Of a stretch of DNA of 64,000 nucleotides, positions 17,813 through 25,456 are shown in pieces (the first letter of the stretch is position 1; the number at the start of each line of letters is the position of its first letter). Origin of the DNA: Escherichia phage 308Ecol101PP; the sequence record OR062945.1; one strand, 5' to 3'. The position numbers were made by a program, and so were the translations under genes. The notes beneath the pieces are model-generated. The model made no database searches. It saw only the letters and a list, made by a program, of their open reading frames with translations, and was not told the DNA's origin.

Positions 17813-18352
17813 ATGAGAACATTTTTAACTGGACCTTATCTATCCCTGATGAATGCTTTTACACACCATTCTGATGCTAGAGTAGAAGAAATTTGTAAGA
17901 ACGGTTATGTCCCACCATTTGAAGACGTACTCAAGCAGTACTGTACACTTCGTTTAGACGGTGGTAGACAATCAGGTAAATCGACCGCAGTAACTAATTT
18001 TGCTGTTAATTGGCTGTATGACGGTGGAACAGTTATTGTTCTTTCTAATACTTCAGCTTACGCTAAAATTTCTGCTGGCAACATTGAAAAAGAATTTTCT
18101 CGTTATTCTAGCGACGATATTCGATTCCGTTTATTTACTGATTCTGTCCGTAGTTTTATTGGCAATGAAGGTTCTAAATTCCGTGGATTAACGCTTTCTC
18201 GTATTCTGTATATAATTGACGAGCCTATTAAAGCTCCTGATATGGATAAGATTTACAACATACATATTAAAACAGTCCAACACTGTTGCAAAAGCAAATA
18301 TTGCATCAGTGGTATTGCTCGTCCTCAATTTTTTGTGATTGGAATGCAATGA
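17813..18352 (+). CDS. P-loop NTPase-like protein
   Basis: Walker A-like GGRQSGKST; ATG 17813 after SD AGAGAAA. Confidence 0.6.
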   Translation: MRTFLTGPYLSLMNAFTHHSDARVEEICKNGYVPPFEDVLKQYCTLRLDGGRQSGKSTAVTNFAVNWLYDGGTVIVLSNTSAYAKISAGNIEKEFSRYSSDDIRFRLFTDSVRSFIGNEGSKFRGLTLSRILYIIDEPIKAPDMDKIYNIHIKTVQHCCKSKYCISGIARPQFFVIGMQ

Positions 18353-18657
18353 TGACCACTATTGAAGTTTTTGAGTATTGTTATAACAGCCCAGTATGCA
18401 ATAAAAGGGCTCTTGTAGAAAATTACGAGATTTACCATTTTAAACCTAAACGATATCGTTTGACTAAAGGTCCGTTCGCAGGGCAGCAGGTTCTTTGTAC
18501 TGCTCCTAATGCACGGTTGATGACTAGTATTCCGCATTTCAAAATGGAATTTATTGATGGGCCATTTAAGGGATTAATCACTCAAAGTTTAATGGCGTTT
18601 AATTCCGACCCATTTTTGATTAAAGAAAAATCTTGGATAAATTTATTTTCTAATTGA
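18349..18657 (+). CDS. Hypothetical protein
   Basis: ATGATGA overlap with upstream gene; 103 aa. Confidence 0.55.
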   Translation: MMTTIEVFEYCYNSPVCNKRALVENYEIYHFKPKRYRLTKGPFAGQQVLCTAPNARLMTSIPHFKMEFIDGPFKGLITQSLMAFNSDPFLIKEKSWINLFSN

Positions 18658-18663
18658 GGTTAT

Positions 18664-19026
18664 ATGAAAGCATATCAAATTCTTGAAGGCACACACAAAG
18701 GCACTATTTATTTTGAAGACGGTACTCAAGCCCGGATTATTGTCTCTAAGACTTTTAAAGAAGACGCTATTGTAGACCCGGAAATTTTCTACGGTTTGAA
18801 TGCCCGTGAAATTGAAATTGAACATCAACCTAAAGTTAAAATTGAAGGTGGTCAACACCTGAACGTTAACGTTCTGCGTCGTGAAACTCTGGAAGATGCA
18901 GTTAAGCATCCGGAAAAATATCCGCAGCTGACCATCCGTGTATCTGGTTATGCAGTTCGCTTTAACTCTCTTACTCCAGAACAGCAGCGCGACGTTATCG
19001 CTCGTACCTTTACTGAGAGTCTATAA
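18664..19026 (+). CDS. grcA: Autonomous glycyl radical cofactor (GrcA/YfiD; T4 Y06I-like)
   Basis: C-terminal ...[60 protein letters not shown] with RVSGY glycyl-radical motif; matches E. coli GrcA as I recall it. Confidence 0.85.
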   Translation: MKAYQILEGTHKGTIYFEDGTQARIIVSKTFKEDAIVDPEIFYGLNAREIEIEHQPKVKIEGGQHLNVNVLRRETLEDAVKHPEKYPQLTIRVSGYAVRFNSLTPEQQRDVIARTFTESL

Positions 19027-19229
19027 TGGCTAAATTGATTATAGAAGGGACTGAAGATGTTTTAAAATGTTTTGCCGCCTGGTTTAGTTGCTCAGGCGAG
19101 CAATCATTCATTGAAGCATTTAGAATGGGTGATATTACTGGAAAATATCCGTCAACCGATATCACTGTACGCGGATATGGTATTAATGAGCCTATCCAAT
19201 TGGTCGAATATGACCCTTGCCACCGATGA
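19026..19229 (+). CDS. Hypothetical protein
   Basis: TAATG overlap with grcA-like gene; 67 aa. Confidence 0.5.
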   Translation: MAKLIIEGTEDVLKCFAAWFSCSGEQSFIEAFRMGDITGKYPSTDITVRGYGINEPIQLVEYDPCHR

Positions 19230-19240
19230 GGAAATTCCTT

Positions 19241-19507
19241 ATGTCGATTGAAGACATCAAAGGCTACAAGCCACATACCAATGATAAAATCAGTAAAGTG
19301 AACGCTATTAAAGACGCAGAAGTCCGTCTTGGATTGATGTTTGATGCTCTGATTGAAGAAGCATATATCTTGAAAGAAAATGAATCAGAGCAACAAACCA
19401 AAGAAGATATGGATGCAGTGCAGGCTCTTAAGTATGCTAAGCAACATCTAAAAGAAGCCAGCATGTGGGCATGTCGTGCAGTATTTCGACCTGAGGAAAA
19501 ATACTAA
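19241..19507 (+). CDS. Hypothetical protein
   Basis: SD GAGGAAA then ATG 19241. Confidence 0.55.
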   Translation: MSIEDIKGYKPHTNDKISKVNAIKDAEVRLGLMFDALIEEAYILKENESEQQTKEDMDAVQALKYAKQHLKEASMWACRAVFRPEEKY

Positions 19508-19722
19508 TGGCTTCTACTATTACTGGGTTATTGGACTTTCAAGAAAAGGTCAACAAAATTTGTAGTGAATACTTAAAGTATCTTGAAGAAGACCTTGAAG
19601 ATTGTAAGGAAGAAGGCGAAGAAGACTATGCTGACCAGCGTCGTCGCCAAATCGAAGAGATGAGGCATTTCGCCGATATGGTATCTAAAGAATCTTGGGC
19701 TTTAACTCCATTTTATCAATAA
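19507..19722 (+). CDS. Hypothetical acidic protein
   Basis: TAATG overlap; 71 aa. Confidence 0.55.
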   Translation: MASTITGLLDFQEKVNKICSEYLKYLEEDLEDCKEEGEEDYADQRRRQIEEMRHFADMVSKESWALTPFYQ

Positions 19723-19726
19723 AGTA

Positions 19727-19777
19727 GTTTACTTCTCCTCTAGTTGTGTTACTATAGACCTGTCAACTAGAGGAGAA
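19727..19777 (+). promoter_or_regulatory. Early promoter stem-loop cassette; 14-bp perfect IR pairing anti-SD with SD
   Basis: GTTTAC; TTCTCCTCTAGTTG / CAACTAGAGGAGAA flanking TGTTACTATAGACCTGT. Confidence 0.65.
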
Positions 19778-19783
19778 ATCAAA

Positions 19784-20242
19784 ATGACTATCAATTCAGA
19801 CGTTTTTATCCGCCGCAATAAACTCCGTCGAATCTTTGAAACGGAGTTCCGCAAAATAAATGCCGGTATAAAAGATGCTGCAAAGTCTCTTGGACTACCA
19901 GGCTTTCATATCAAGTATTCTCAACATCTCTTAGATCGTGCCATCCAGAGAGAAATAGATGAGAACTACGTTTTTGAATTATTTCGTAAAGTAAAAAATC
20001 ATGTTAAAGAAGTTGCAGAATTTTTATCAATGCCGGCACGTCCAGATGTTGATGAAGATTTTGTCGAAGGTGTCGAATACCGTCCAGGCCGTTTAGAAAT
20101 AACTGACGGAAATCTTTGGTTAGGACTTACAGTTTGTCGCGAAAATCCAGCATTCAAAATGAAGACTCTTCAATGCAGAATGGCTATTATTAACAGTAAA
20201 CGACTACCAGGAAAAGCTTCTAAAGCAGTGATTAAAATCTAG
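19784..20242 (+). CDS. regB: RegB-like endoribonuclease (tentative)
   Basis: 152 aa (T4 RegB is 153 aa); lies between denV and tk as regB does in T4; promoter cassette 19727; call rests on size, position and partial recall of the sequence. Confidence 0.55.
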   Translation: MTINSDVFIRRNKLRRIFETEFRKINAGIKDAAKSLGLPGFHIKYSQHLLDRAIQREIDENYVFELFRKVKNHVKEVAEFLSMPARPDVDEDFVEGVEYRPGRLEITDGNLWLGLTVCRENPAFKMKTLQCRMAIINSKRLPGKASKAVIKI

Positions 20243-20250
20243 AGGTAAAC

Positions 20251-20793
20251 ATGAGAAAAGCACTACTCGCTGGTCTATTTGCTCTTTCATTATCAGCACA
20301 TAGCTCCGAGCATACTTTTAGTAATGTCCAACTCGATAACTTGAATTATGCTTATCAGTTTGGGGAACAGTTTTCTAAGGACGGAAAATTTAAAACGCAT
20401 GAAAATATGCATAAGAAAGGACTTGGATACATAATGGCCGCAATACTATGGCAGGAATCATCTGCCGGTATTAATCTTAAAGATAAGAAAGGTCACCATG
20501 CGTATGGAATGTTCCAAAATTATCTACCAACAATGAGGGCAAGAATTAACCAGCTTGGTTATAATATGACTGATGCCCAAATTAAGAAAATGCTATCTAA
20601 GCGGTCTAATTCAGCCAGATGGGCTTATATCGAATTTTCTTATTGGTTAAATATACATAATGGGGATATAAGAAAAGCTATATCCTCATATAATGCGGGA
20701 TGGAAGACAAGTGCTGGAAGTAAATATGCTTCTGAAGTCCTAGAAAAGGCTAATTACCTTAAATCAAACAAACTACTGGAAATAAAAGAATGA
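20251..20793 (+). CDS. Secreted lytic-transglycosylase-like (SLT-domain) protein
   Basis: N-terminal signal peptide MRKALLAGLFALSLSAHS; ...AILWQESSAG...AYGMFQ resembles the SLT catalytic E-S ... G-x-x-Q motif. Confidence 0.6.
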   Translation: MRKALLAGLFALSLSAHSSEHTFSNVQLDNLNYAYQFGEQFSKDGKFKTHENMHKKGLGYIMAAILWQESSAGINLKDKKGHHAYGMFQNYLPTMRARINQLGYNMTDAQIKKMLSKRSNSARWAYIEFSYWLNIHNGDIRKAISSYNAGWKTSAGSKYASEVLEKANYLKSNKLLEIKE

Positions 20794-21137
20794 CCAAAAT
20801 GTTGGCTTTAATAGTTGGCTTGGTTTCATTTAACGCTCTTGCTAATACTACATATACTGATGTAACGGAGTATACAAACAGAACAGCGTCTGATTATTGT
20901 GGTAAAAGTCAAGAGTGTAAAGTAGATTTTTCACAAAAATTGTTATATGCGTATAAAGACGGAGAAAAAGATGGGGCGTCTAGTAGGTTCAAGGCGTCTA
21001 CCTTAATTAAAAGATACTATAAAAAATGGCAAATATTAGAATGCTCGGTGGCGGAACCTAAAGATAAGGCAGCATGCAATTCTATGGTGGACCGTCTAGT
21101 TGACTCTTATACTAGAGGACTTGCAGCAAGTGATTAA
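20790..21137 (+). CDS. Secreted small protein
   Basis: Signal peptide MTKMLALIVGLVSFNALA; ATGA overlap. Confidence 0.6.
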   Translation: MTKMLALIVGLVSFNALANTTYTDVTEYTNRTASDYCGKSQECKVDFSQKLLYAYKDGEKDGASSRFKASTLIKRYYKKWQILECSVAEPKDKAACNSMVDRLVDSYTRGLAASD

Positions 21138-21597
21138 AAACTATATCAAGGGCGATATTGTCGCCCTGTTTTCTAAAGGTAATAATATCGCTCATGGGTG
21201 TAATTGTTTTCATACAATGGGCGCCGGCGTGGCAGGACAATTAGCAAAGGCTTATCCAAAAATTCTGGAAGCCGATAAACTTCAAACCGAATTTGGAGAC
21301 GAGTCTAAACTCGGGACTTATTCGGTTTATGAAAAATATTTTAAGACCCATAAAGCTTATTGCTTTAATCTTTATACACAGTTTGAGCCTGGACCTAATT
21401 TTGAGTACTATGCTTTAATGAATTGTATAATAGAATTAAATGAATTCGGAAAGAATAAGATAACAAAGCCTGTACTTTATATGCCAAGAATTGGTGCAGG
21501 TATCGGTGGCGGAAACTGGGATGTCATCGAAGAGATTTTAGATACGTATTCCACTAAACTAGAAATTGTGATTGTTGATTGGGAACCATTATTATGA
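21100..21597 (+). CDS. Macro-domain protein (ADP-ribose binding / hydrolase candidate)
   Basis: GDIVALFSKGNNIAHGCNCFHTMGAGVAGQL and YMPRIGAGIGGGNW resemble macro-domain Gly-rich loops; start uncertain (ATG 21100 overlaps upstream gene; GTG 21130 possible). Confidence 0.6.
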   Translation: MTLILEDLQQVIKNYIKGDIVALFSKGNNIAHGCNCFHTMGAGVAGQLAKAYPKILEADKLQTEFGDESKLGTYSVYEKYFKTHKAYCFNLYTQFEPGPNFEYYALMNCIIELNEFGKNKITKPVLYMPRIGAGIGGGNWDVIEEILDTYSTKLEIVIVDWEPLL

Positions 21598-21806
21598 ATA
21601 TACATTATCCACATCCATATGACCCAAAGAATAAGGCAGTAATTATTCGTCAATGGGAACGCATTTGTCGTACCAAATGTCCAATTAATAGTCCACATGA
21701 TGTAGATAAAGACTACATCGGAACATTCGTTGAATATACCTTTATTGATAAGAAAGGCCGTAAACAACATGTAGAAGAATATTGCTTAAAGGTGTCATGG
21801 CTATGA
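21594..21806 (+). CDS. Hypothetical protein
   Basis: ATGA overlap at 21594. Confidence 0.5.
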   Translation: MNIHYPHPYDPKNKAVIIRQWERICRTKCPINSPHDVDKDYIGTFVEYTFIDKKGRKQHVEEYCLKVSWL

Positions 21807-22009
21807 GTCAAACAAAAATTCTTACAGGTGCTAAATGCGAAAAATGCGAATGGCCTGTAGTTTTTGCTTTATGCAATAACGAAATGGCTTGTGATTTTGA
21901 TTATTGGTGTTACTGTTCGAACAAAGGTTGTAGCAATCATAAAGGTGAAGGGTTTTACTCAGGATTTTACCCTTACCCGGATTTCGTTAAAGAAGGTGAA
22001 CCTAAATGA
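21797..22009 (+). CDS. Cys-rich small protein (possible Zn-binding)
   Basis: CEKCEW...CNNEMACDFDYWCYCSNKGCSNHKG. Confidence 0.5.
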   Translation: MAMSQTKILTGAKCEKCEWPVVFALCNNEMACDFDYWCYCSNKGCSNHKGEGFYSGFYPYPDFVKEGEPK

Positions 22010-22188
22010 AATTAACTAAAGAAGAGAAAGCTAAACTGTTCGAACTTATCCATGACCTATTGGATGAACAAGCAGCCACCAATGCGTATGATGAATATGC
22101 TCCTTTAACAGATGAAGAATATCAAGCATTGTTGGAATCATTTGACAGGAAAGAACAAGAACTTATTGACTACGTGAATTCACTATAA
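22006..22188 (+). CDS. Hypothetical acidic protein
   Basis: ATGA overlap; 60 aa. Confidence 0.5.
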   Translation: MKLTKEEKAKLFELIHDLLDEQAATNAYDEYAPLTDEEYQALLESFDRKEQELIDYVNSL

Positions 22189-22197
22189 GGGACTCTT

Positions 22198-22779
22198 ATG
22201 GCTAGTTTAATTTTTACATATGCCGCTATGAACGCTGGTAAGTCTGCTTCATTACTTACTGCCGCACATAACTATAAAGAACGTGGCATGGGTGTATTAG
22301 TTCTTAAACCGGCTATTGATACTCGCGATTCAAAAGGTGAAATAGTCTCTCGTATTGGTATTCGTCAGGACGCCAATATAATTACAAAAGACATGGATAT
22401 CTTTGAATTCTATAAATGGGCTGCAGCACAAAAGGATATTCATTGTGTATTTGTTGACGAAGCTCAGTTCTTAACTACTGAAAAGGTGTATCAACTTAGT
22501 CGTATTGTTGACGTATACAATGTGCCGGTAATGGCATATGGACTACGAACAGATTTTAAAGGTAATCTATTTGAAGGTTCTCAAGCATTAATGGCTATTG
22601 CCGATAAGCTTGTTGAACTTAAAGGTGTCTGTCATTGTGGTAAAAAGGCCACAATGGTAGCTAGAGTCACGGAAGACGGACTTCCAATTACGGATGGCAG
22701 TCAAATTGAAATTGGTGATACCGATAGATATGTGTCATTATGCCGGAAGCATTGGAATGATTTGACAGGGTTGTTATAA
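22198..22779 (+). CDS. tk: Thymidine kinase
   Basis: MASLIFTYAAMNAGKSASLL P-loop; ...VDEAQFL...CHCGKKATM... typical TK. Confidence 0.95.
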   Translation: MASLIFTYAAMNAGKSASLLTAAHNYKERGMGVLVLKPAIDTRDSKGEIVSRIGIRQDANIITKDMDIFEFYKWAAAQKDIHCVFVDEAQFLTTEKVYQLSRIVDVYNVPVMAYGLRTDFKGNLFEGSQALMAIADKLVELKGVCHCGKKATMVARVTEDGLPITDGSQIEIGDTDRYVSLCRKHWNDLTGLL

Positions 22780-22782
22780 ATA
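22775..22782 (+). promoter_or_regulatory. TATAAATA motif overlapping tk stop (possible late promoter)
   Basis: Exact 8-mer 25 nt upstream of ATG 22807; could be chance in AT-rich DNA. Confidence 0.25.
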
Positions 22783-22806
22783 CTAATATCTAACCAAGAG
22801 GTATAT

Positions 22807-23019
22807 ATGCAGCAATTAAACGAAAGACAACTTCGTAATCTTACTGTAACCCAATTGGATGAAATCCGAAGAGAATTAGGACATTCTATTTCTCATTTAA
22901 ACGAGGATATCCGTCAAACTGGTTCTAAAGCTGATTATACACGCAAGCGCAAGCTGGAAAAATACCTCACAGATGTTAAGGCCGTCCAAAGGCGAAAAAT
23001 AAATACTGGCCAAAATTAA
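22807..23019 (+). CDS. Hypothetical protein
   Basis: SD GAGG; TATAAATA motif at 22775. Confidence 0.55.
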   Translation: MQQLNERQLRNLTVTQLDEIRRELGHSISHLNEDIRQTGSKADYTRKRKLEKYLTDVKAVQRRKINTGQN

Positions 23020-23031
23020 CAGGAGGCCTAT

Positions 23032-23334
23032 ATGGCCTTAAGAGCGATAGCTGTCATGGCGATGCTGGGGTTTTTTGCAGCAACAACTCCTATCGTTGGT
23101 ACTGCGTACACTGACCCATATTTTGATAACTTTATGGAATCAGGGATTAAAAACGTATATACTTTGTTTGAAATTCAAAATGTCGAGAATTCTGAAAAAT
23201 TCTATAAGTATATGGCAAAGCATTACAAAAATAGCCCCTGTGATGATGCATTTGAATGTCATGAACAAGGCATAAAAACTGCCAGACAATTTGCCGAGTT
23301 CATGAAAATAAAATTAGAGCCTACATCTATCTAA
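23032..23334 (+). CDS. Secreted/periplasmic small protein
   Basis: Signal-peptide-like MALRAIAVMAMLGFFAATTPIVGTA; followed by terminator 23341. Confidence 0.6.
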   Translation: MALRAIAVMAMLGFFAATTPIVGTAYTDPYFDNFMESGIKNVYTLFEIQNVENSEKFYKYMAKHYKNSPCDDAFECHEQGIKTARQFAEFMKIKLEPTSI

Positions 23335-23340
23335 TTTAAT

Positions 23341-23369
23341 AGCCCCTTCCTTATGGTTGGGGCTTTTTT
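23341..23369 (+). terminator. Rho-independent terminator
   Basis: AGCCCC-TTCCTTATGGTT-GGGGCT then TTTTTG; near-copy of the 7520 terminator. Confidence 0.7.
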
Positions 23370-23379
23370 GCATTTAGCA

Positions 23380-23431
23380 GTTTACTTCTCCTCAGGTTGT
23401 GTTATAGTAGACCTTACTTACTAGAGGAGAA
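23380..23431 (+). promoter_or_regulatory. Early promoter stem-loop cassette
   Basis: GTTTAC; TTCTCCTC / GAGGAGAA IR; -10 TGTTATAGT. Confidence 0.55.
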
Positions 23432-23435
23432 CGTT

Positions 23436-23615
23436 ATGTCACGTAAAGAAAAAATTTCTAAGTTAATGTTTTTGATTGAAGAGTACGCTAATGCGGTATC
23501 TGATTGGGAAAATGCTCATGGTTGCGAAGATGGAGACATCGACATTAACAGAGCTATGAAAAAGATGGCAGATGCCCACACCGAATTGCAAATGTATGTT
23601 AACGAGATTATGTGA
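23436..23615 (+). CDS. Hypothetical protein
   Basis: Promoter cassette 23380, SD GGAGA then ATG 23436. Confidence 0.55.
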   Translation: MSRKEKISKLMFLIEEYANAVSDWENAHGCEDGDIDINRAMKKMADAHTELQMYVNEIM

Positions 23616-23622
23616 GGATATT

Positions 23623-23790
23623 ATGCTTTACGATTATACTGGAAAATCTGAAGACGGTGTACTTGAACTTTTACCTGAAAGCGCTGAAGATGATGATATG
23701 GTGGTGATATATTGTGTTGGTTGTCAATCAATGCATGATGAAATTTTTAAACGTGAACCAAGAAACTGTTGGCACAGGAGCATGAGATGA
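23623..23790 (+). CDS. Small protein, MLYD paralog 1
   Basis: MLYDYTGKSEDGVLELLPE...C..C; SD GAGGA. Confidence 0.5.
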   Translation: MLYDYTGKSEDGVLELLPESAEDDDMVVIYCVGCQSMHDEIFKREPRNCWHRSMR

Positions 23791-23881
23791 TTTATTATCT
23801 TGAACCTTGGGCTTGGTTAACAATGGCTGTAGGACCTGTTTTAATTGGTTTATTCTTTTCATGGTTGGCGAGGAAACTGTA

Positions 23882-24097
23882 ATGTTATATGACCCAAGCG
23901 GTTGTTCTGAAGATGGTGTGATTGTTCTGGAGCCTGAGCATCCAGTTGGTGATGTATATCGCACCGTTGAAGTATGTGAATGTAATTTCGTTGAAGGTAA
24001 TACTGGCGGAATTTCCATTGAGCAAGAAGATGATGTTATTTACCTGGATGCAAGCCAAGTAGAAGCTCTTTATAGCATTTTAAAACATAATCGGTAG
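23882..24097 (+). CDS. Small protein, MLYD paralog 2
   Basis: MLYDPSGCSEDGVIVLEPE...C.C; SD GAGGAAA. Confidence 0.5.
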   Translation: MLYDPSGCSEDGVIVLEPEHPVGDVYRTVEVCECNFVEGNTGGISIEQEDDVIYLDASQVEALYSILKHNR

Positions 24098-24137
24098 TTT
24101 ACGTCTTGGTAGGACTATGTTATAGTAGTCCTACCAA
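24097..24137 (+). promoter_or_regulatory. Early promoter stem-loop cassette (PeSL-like)
   Basis: GTTTAC; IR TTGGTAGGACTA / TAGTCCTACCAA. Confidence 0.6.
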
Positions 24138-24154
24138 AACAAATGGAGAACAAA

Positions 24155-24265
24155 ATGAAACTTTTGCTTATCGCTTATGTTGTAGTACAATACAATTATC
24201 CGATGTTTACTTATAACATGGTAAACGGCATAGTGAATCTTATTGAAACGAGTATGGTAAAATGA
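24155..24265 (+). CDS. Very small hydrophobic ORF (36 aa)
   Basis: Directly downstream of promoter cassette 24097 with SD GGAGAA; ATGA coupling to next ORF; below ORF-track threshold. Confidence 0.3.
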   Translation: MKLLLIAYVVVQYNYPMFTYNMVNGIVNLIETSMVK

Positions 24266-24441
24266 CCCGTGAACAAGCTAATAAATTGATGGACCTTATT
24301 CGTGACTTGCGCGAAGCTGATTCAGATTTGAATGATGTAGCTTATCATGCGGTAAATGATAATGTAGACTTTTATGAAAATCAGGTTGATGCTTGTCAGA
24401 ATGCTTTGGTGAATTTTGTTGAAACTTTAATTGGTGAATAA
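24262..24441 (+). CDS. Small acidic ORF (59 aa)
   Basis: MTREQANKLMDLIRDLREADSDL...; fills the gap between 24265 and 24443; below ORF-track threshold. Confidence 0.4.
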   Translation: MTREQANKLMDLIRDLREADSDLNDVAYHAVNDNVDFYENQVDACQNALVNFVETLIGE

Positions 24442-24442
24442 T

Positions 24443-24973
24443 ATGAAAACTGTAATTGAAACAACCGAGTTGTTTGGTGATTTATGTATCGAAAAACGTG
24501 GTTATGTGTATGTTCTGACACAAGAAGATGATGCTGCTACTATTCTTCCTATGGAACTGGACAAGATTTTGAAACTCAATCCACCGGGTCATGCATCTGT
24601 AATTAACATTAATGAAGACCTTCAAGTTCGTTTTTATCATGGACTTTATAGTGGGGTTAATATCGAAACTGAAGACGAATGTTTTTCTATTAATAATTGG
24701 AAAACATTCGTCACTAAGGTGAAAGAATTCGTGGAATCTGAAACAGCCAAAAAGGCCAAACTTCAATGGGCTAAATGCCGTAATGCTTTTATTACAAATC
24801 AGGACCGCCCTGACTATACAACAGTCCTAGGCGTTAATCCTTCTTATGAAGATGGTGATGTCGTAGTTATTCGTCAAATTGATGACCTTCGACAACATAT
24901 CATTACATTAGACAAAGATGAAGCAGTTGCTCTTAAAGCTTATCTTGATTCTATTATCCCGACTTTGAAATAA
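24443..24973 (+). CDS. Hypothetical protein
   Basis: ATG 24443 two nt after upstream stop; 176 aa. Confidence 0.65.
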   Translation: MKTVIETTELFGDLCIEKRGYVYVLTQEDDAATILPMELDKILKLNPPGHASVININEDLQVRFYHGLYSGVNIETEDECFSINNWKTFVTKVKEFVESETAKKAKLQWAKCRNAFITNQDRPDYTTVLGVNPSYEDGDVVVIRQIDDLRQHIITLDKDEAVALKAYLDSIIPTLK

Positions 24974-24982
24974 GGAATTATT

Positions 24983-25456
24983 ATGATTATCAATGAAAAC
25001 TCTTGGCACTTTAAAATTTATGCCGCGTTCAATAGTACATGGAATCGCCCGAAAACATTATGTGCTTATTTTTGGAAAACGTTAATCCCGGTATTGTCTG
25101 TTTCAATTATTGGATTTGCGATTTTAGCAGCAGTCGTAATCATTGGCCAGGAAATTTTAACTAAATTCTTTGTTTTTAGCAGTCTATGGACATTAGTTCC
25201 AGCCTCAATTGGTGTAGGCATTTTAATTGTAGCAGTCATGGCTTTTATTGCTACCGGGTTGGTAATTGGTCCGTCTTGGTTGTTAGACAAATATAACGAC
25301 AGAAAATATTATAAAGAAATTGAGCTCATTGCACAAAACCAAGAACGAATTAAAAATGGACTTGCGCCTATTGAACGTAAGAAATCATTAATAGGCGAAT
25401 ACCTTAAAGCTCGTAAAGAAAAAGTCTGTCCTACTCTTGAATATAAGGCTAAATGA
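24983..25456 (+). CDS. Membrane protein
   Basis: Multiple hydrophobic segments followed by a basic C-terminal helix. Confidence 0.65.
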   Translation: MIINENSWHFKIYAAFNSTWNRPKTLCAYFWKTLIPVLSVSIIGFAILAAVVIIGQEILTKFFVFSSLWTLVPASIGVGILIVAVMAFIATGLVIGPSWLLDKYNDRKYYKEIELIAQNQERIKNGLAPIERKKSLIGEYLKARKEKVCPTLEYKAK

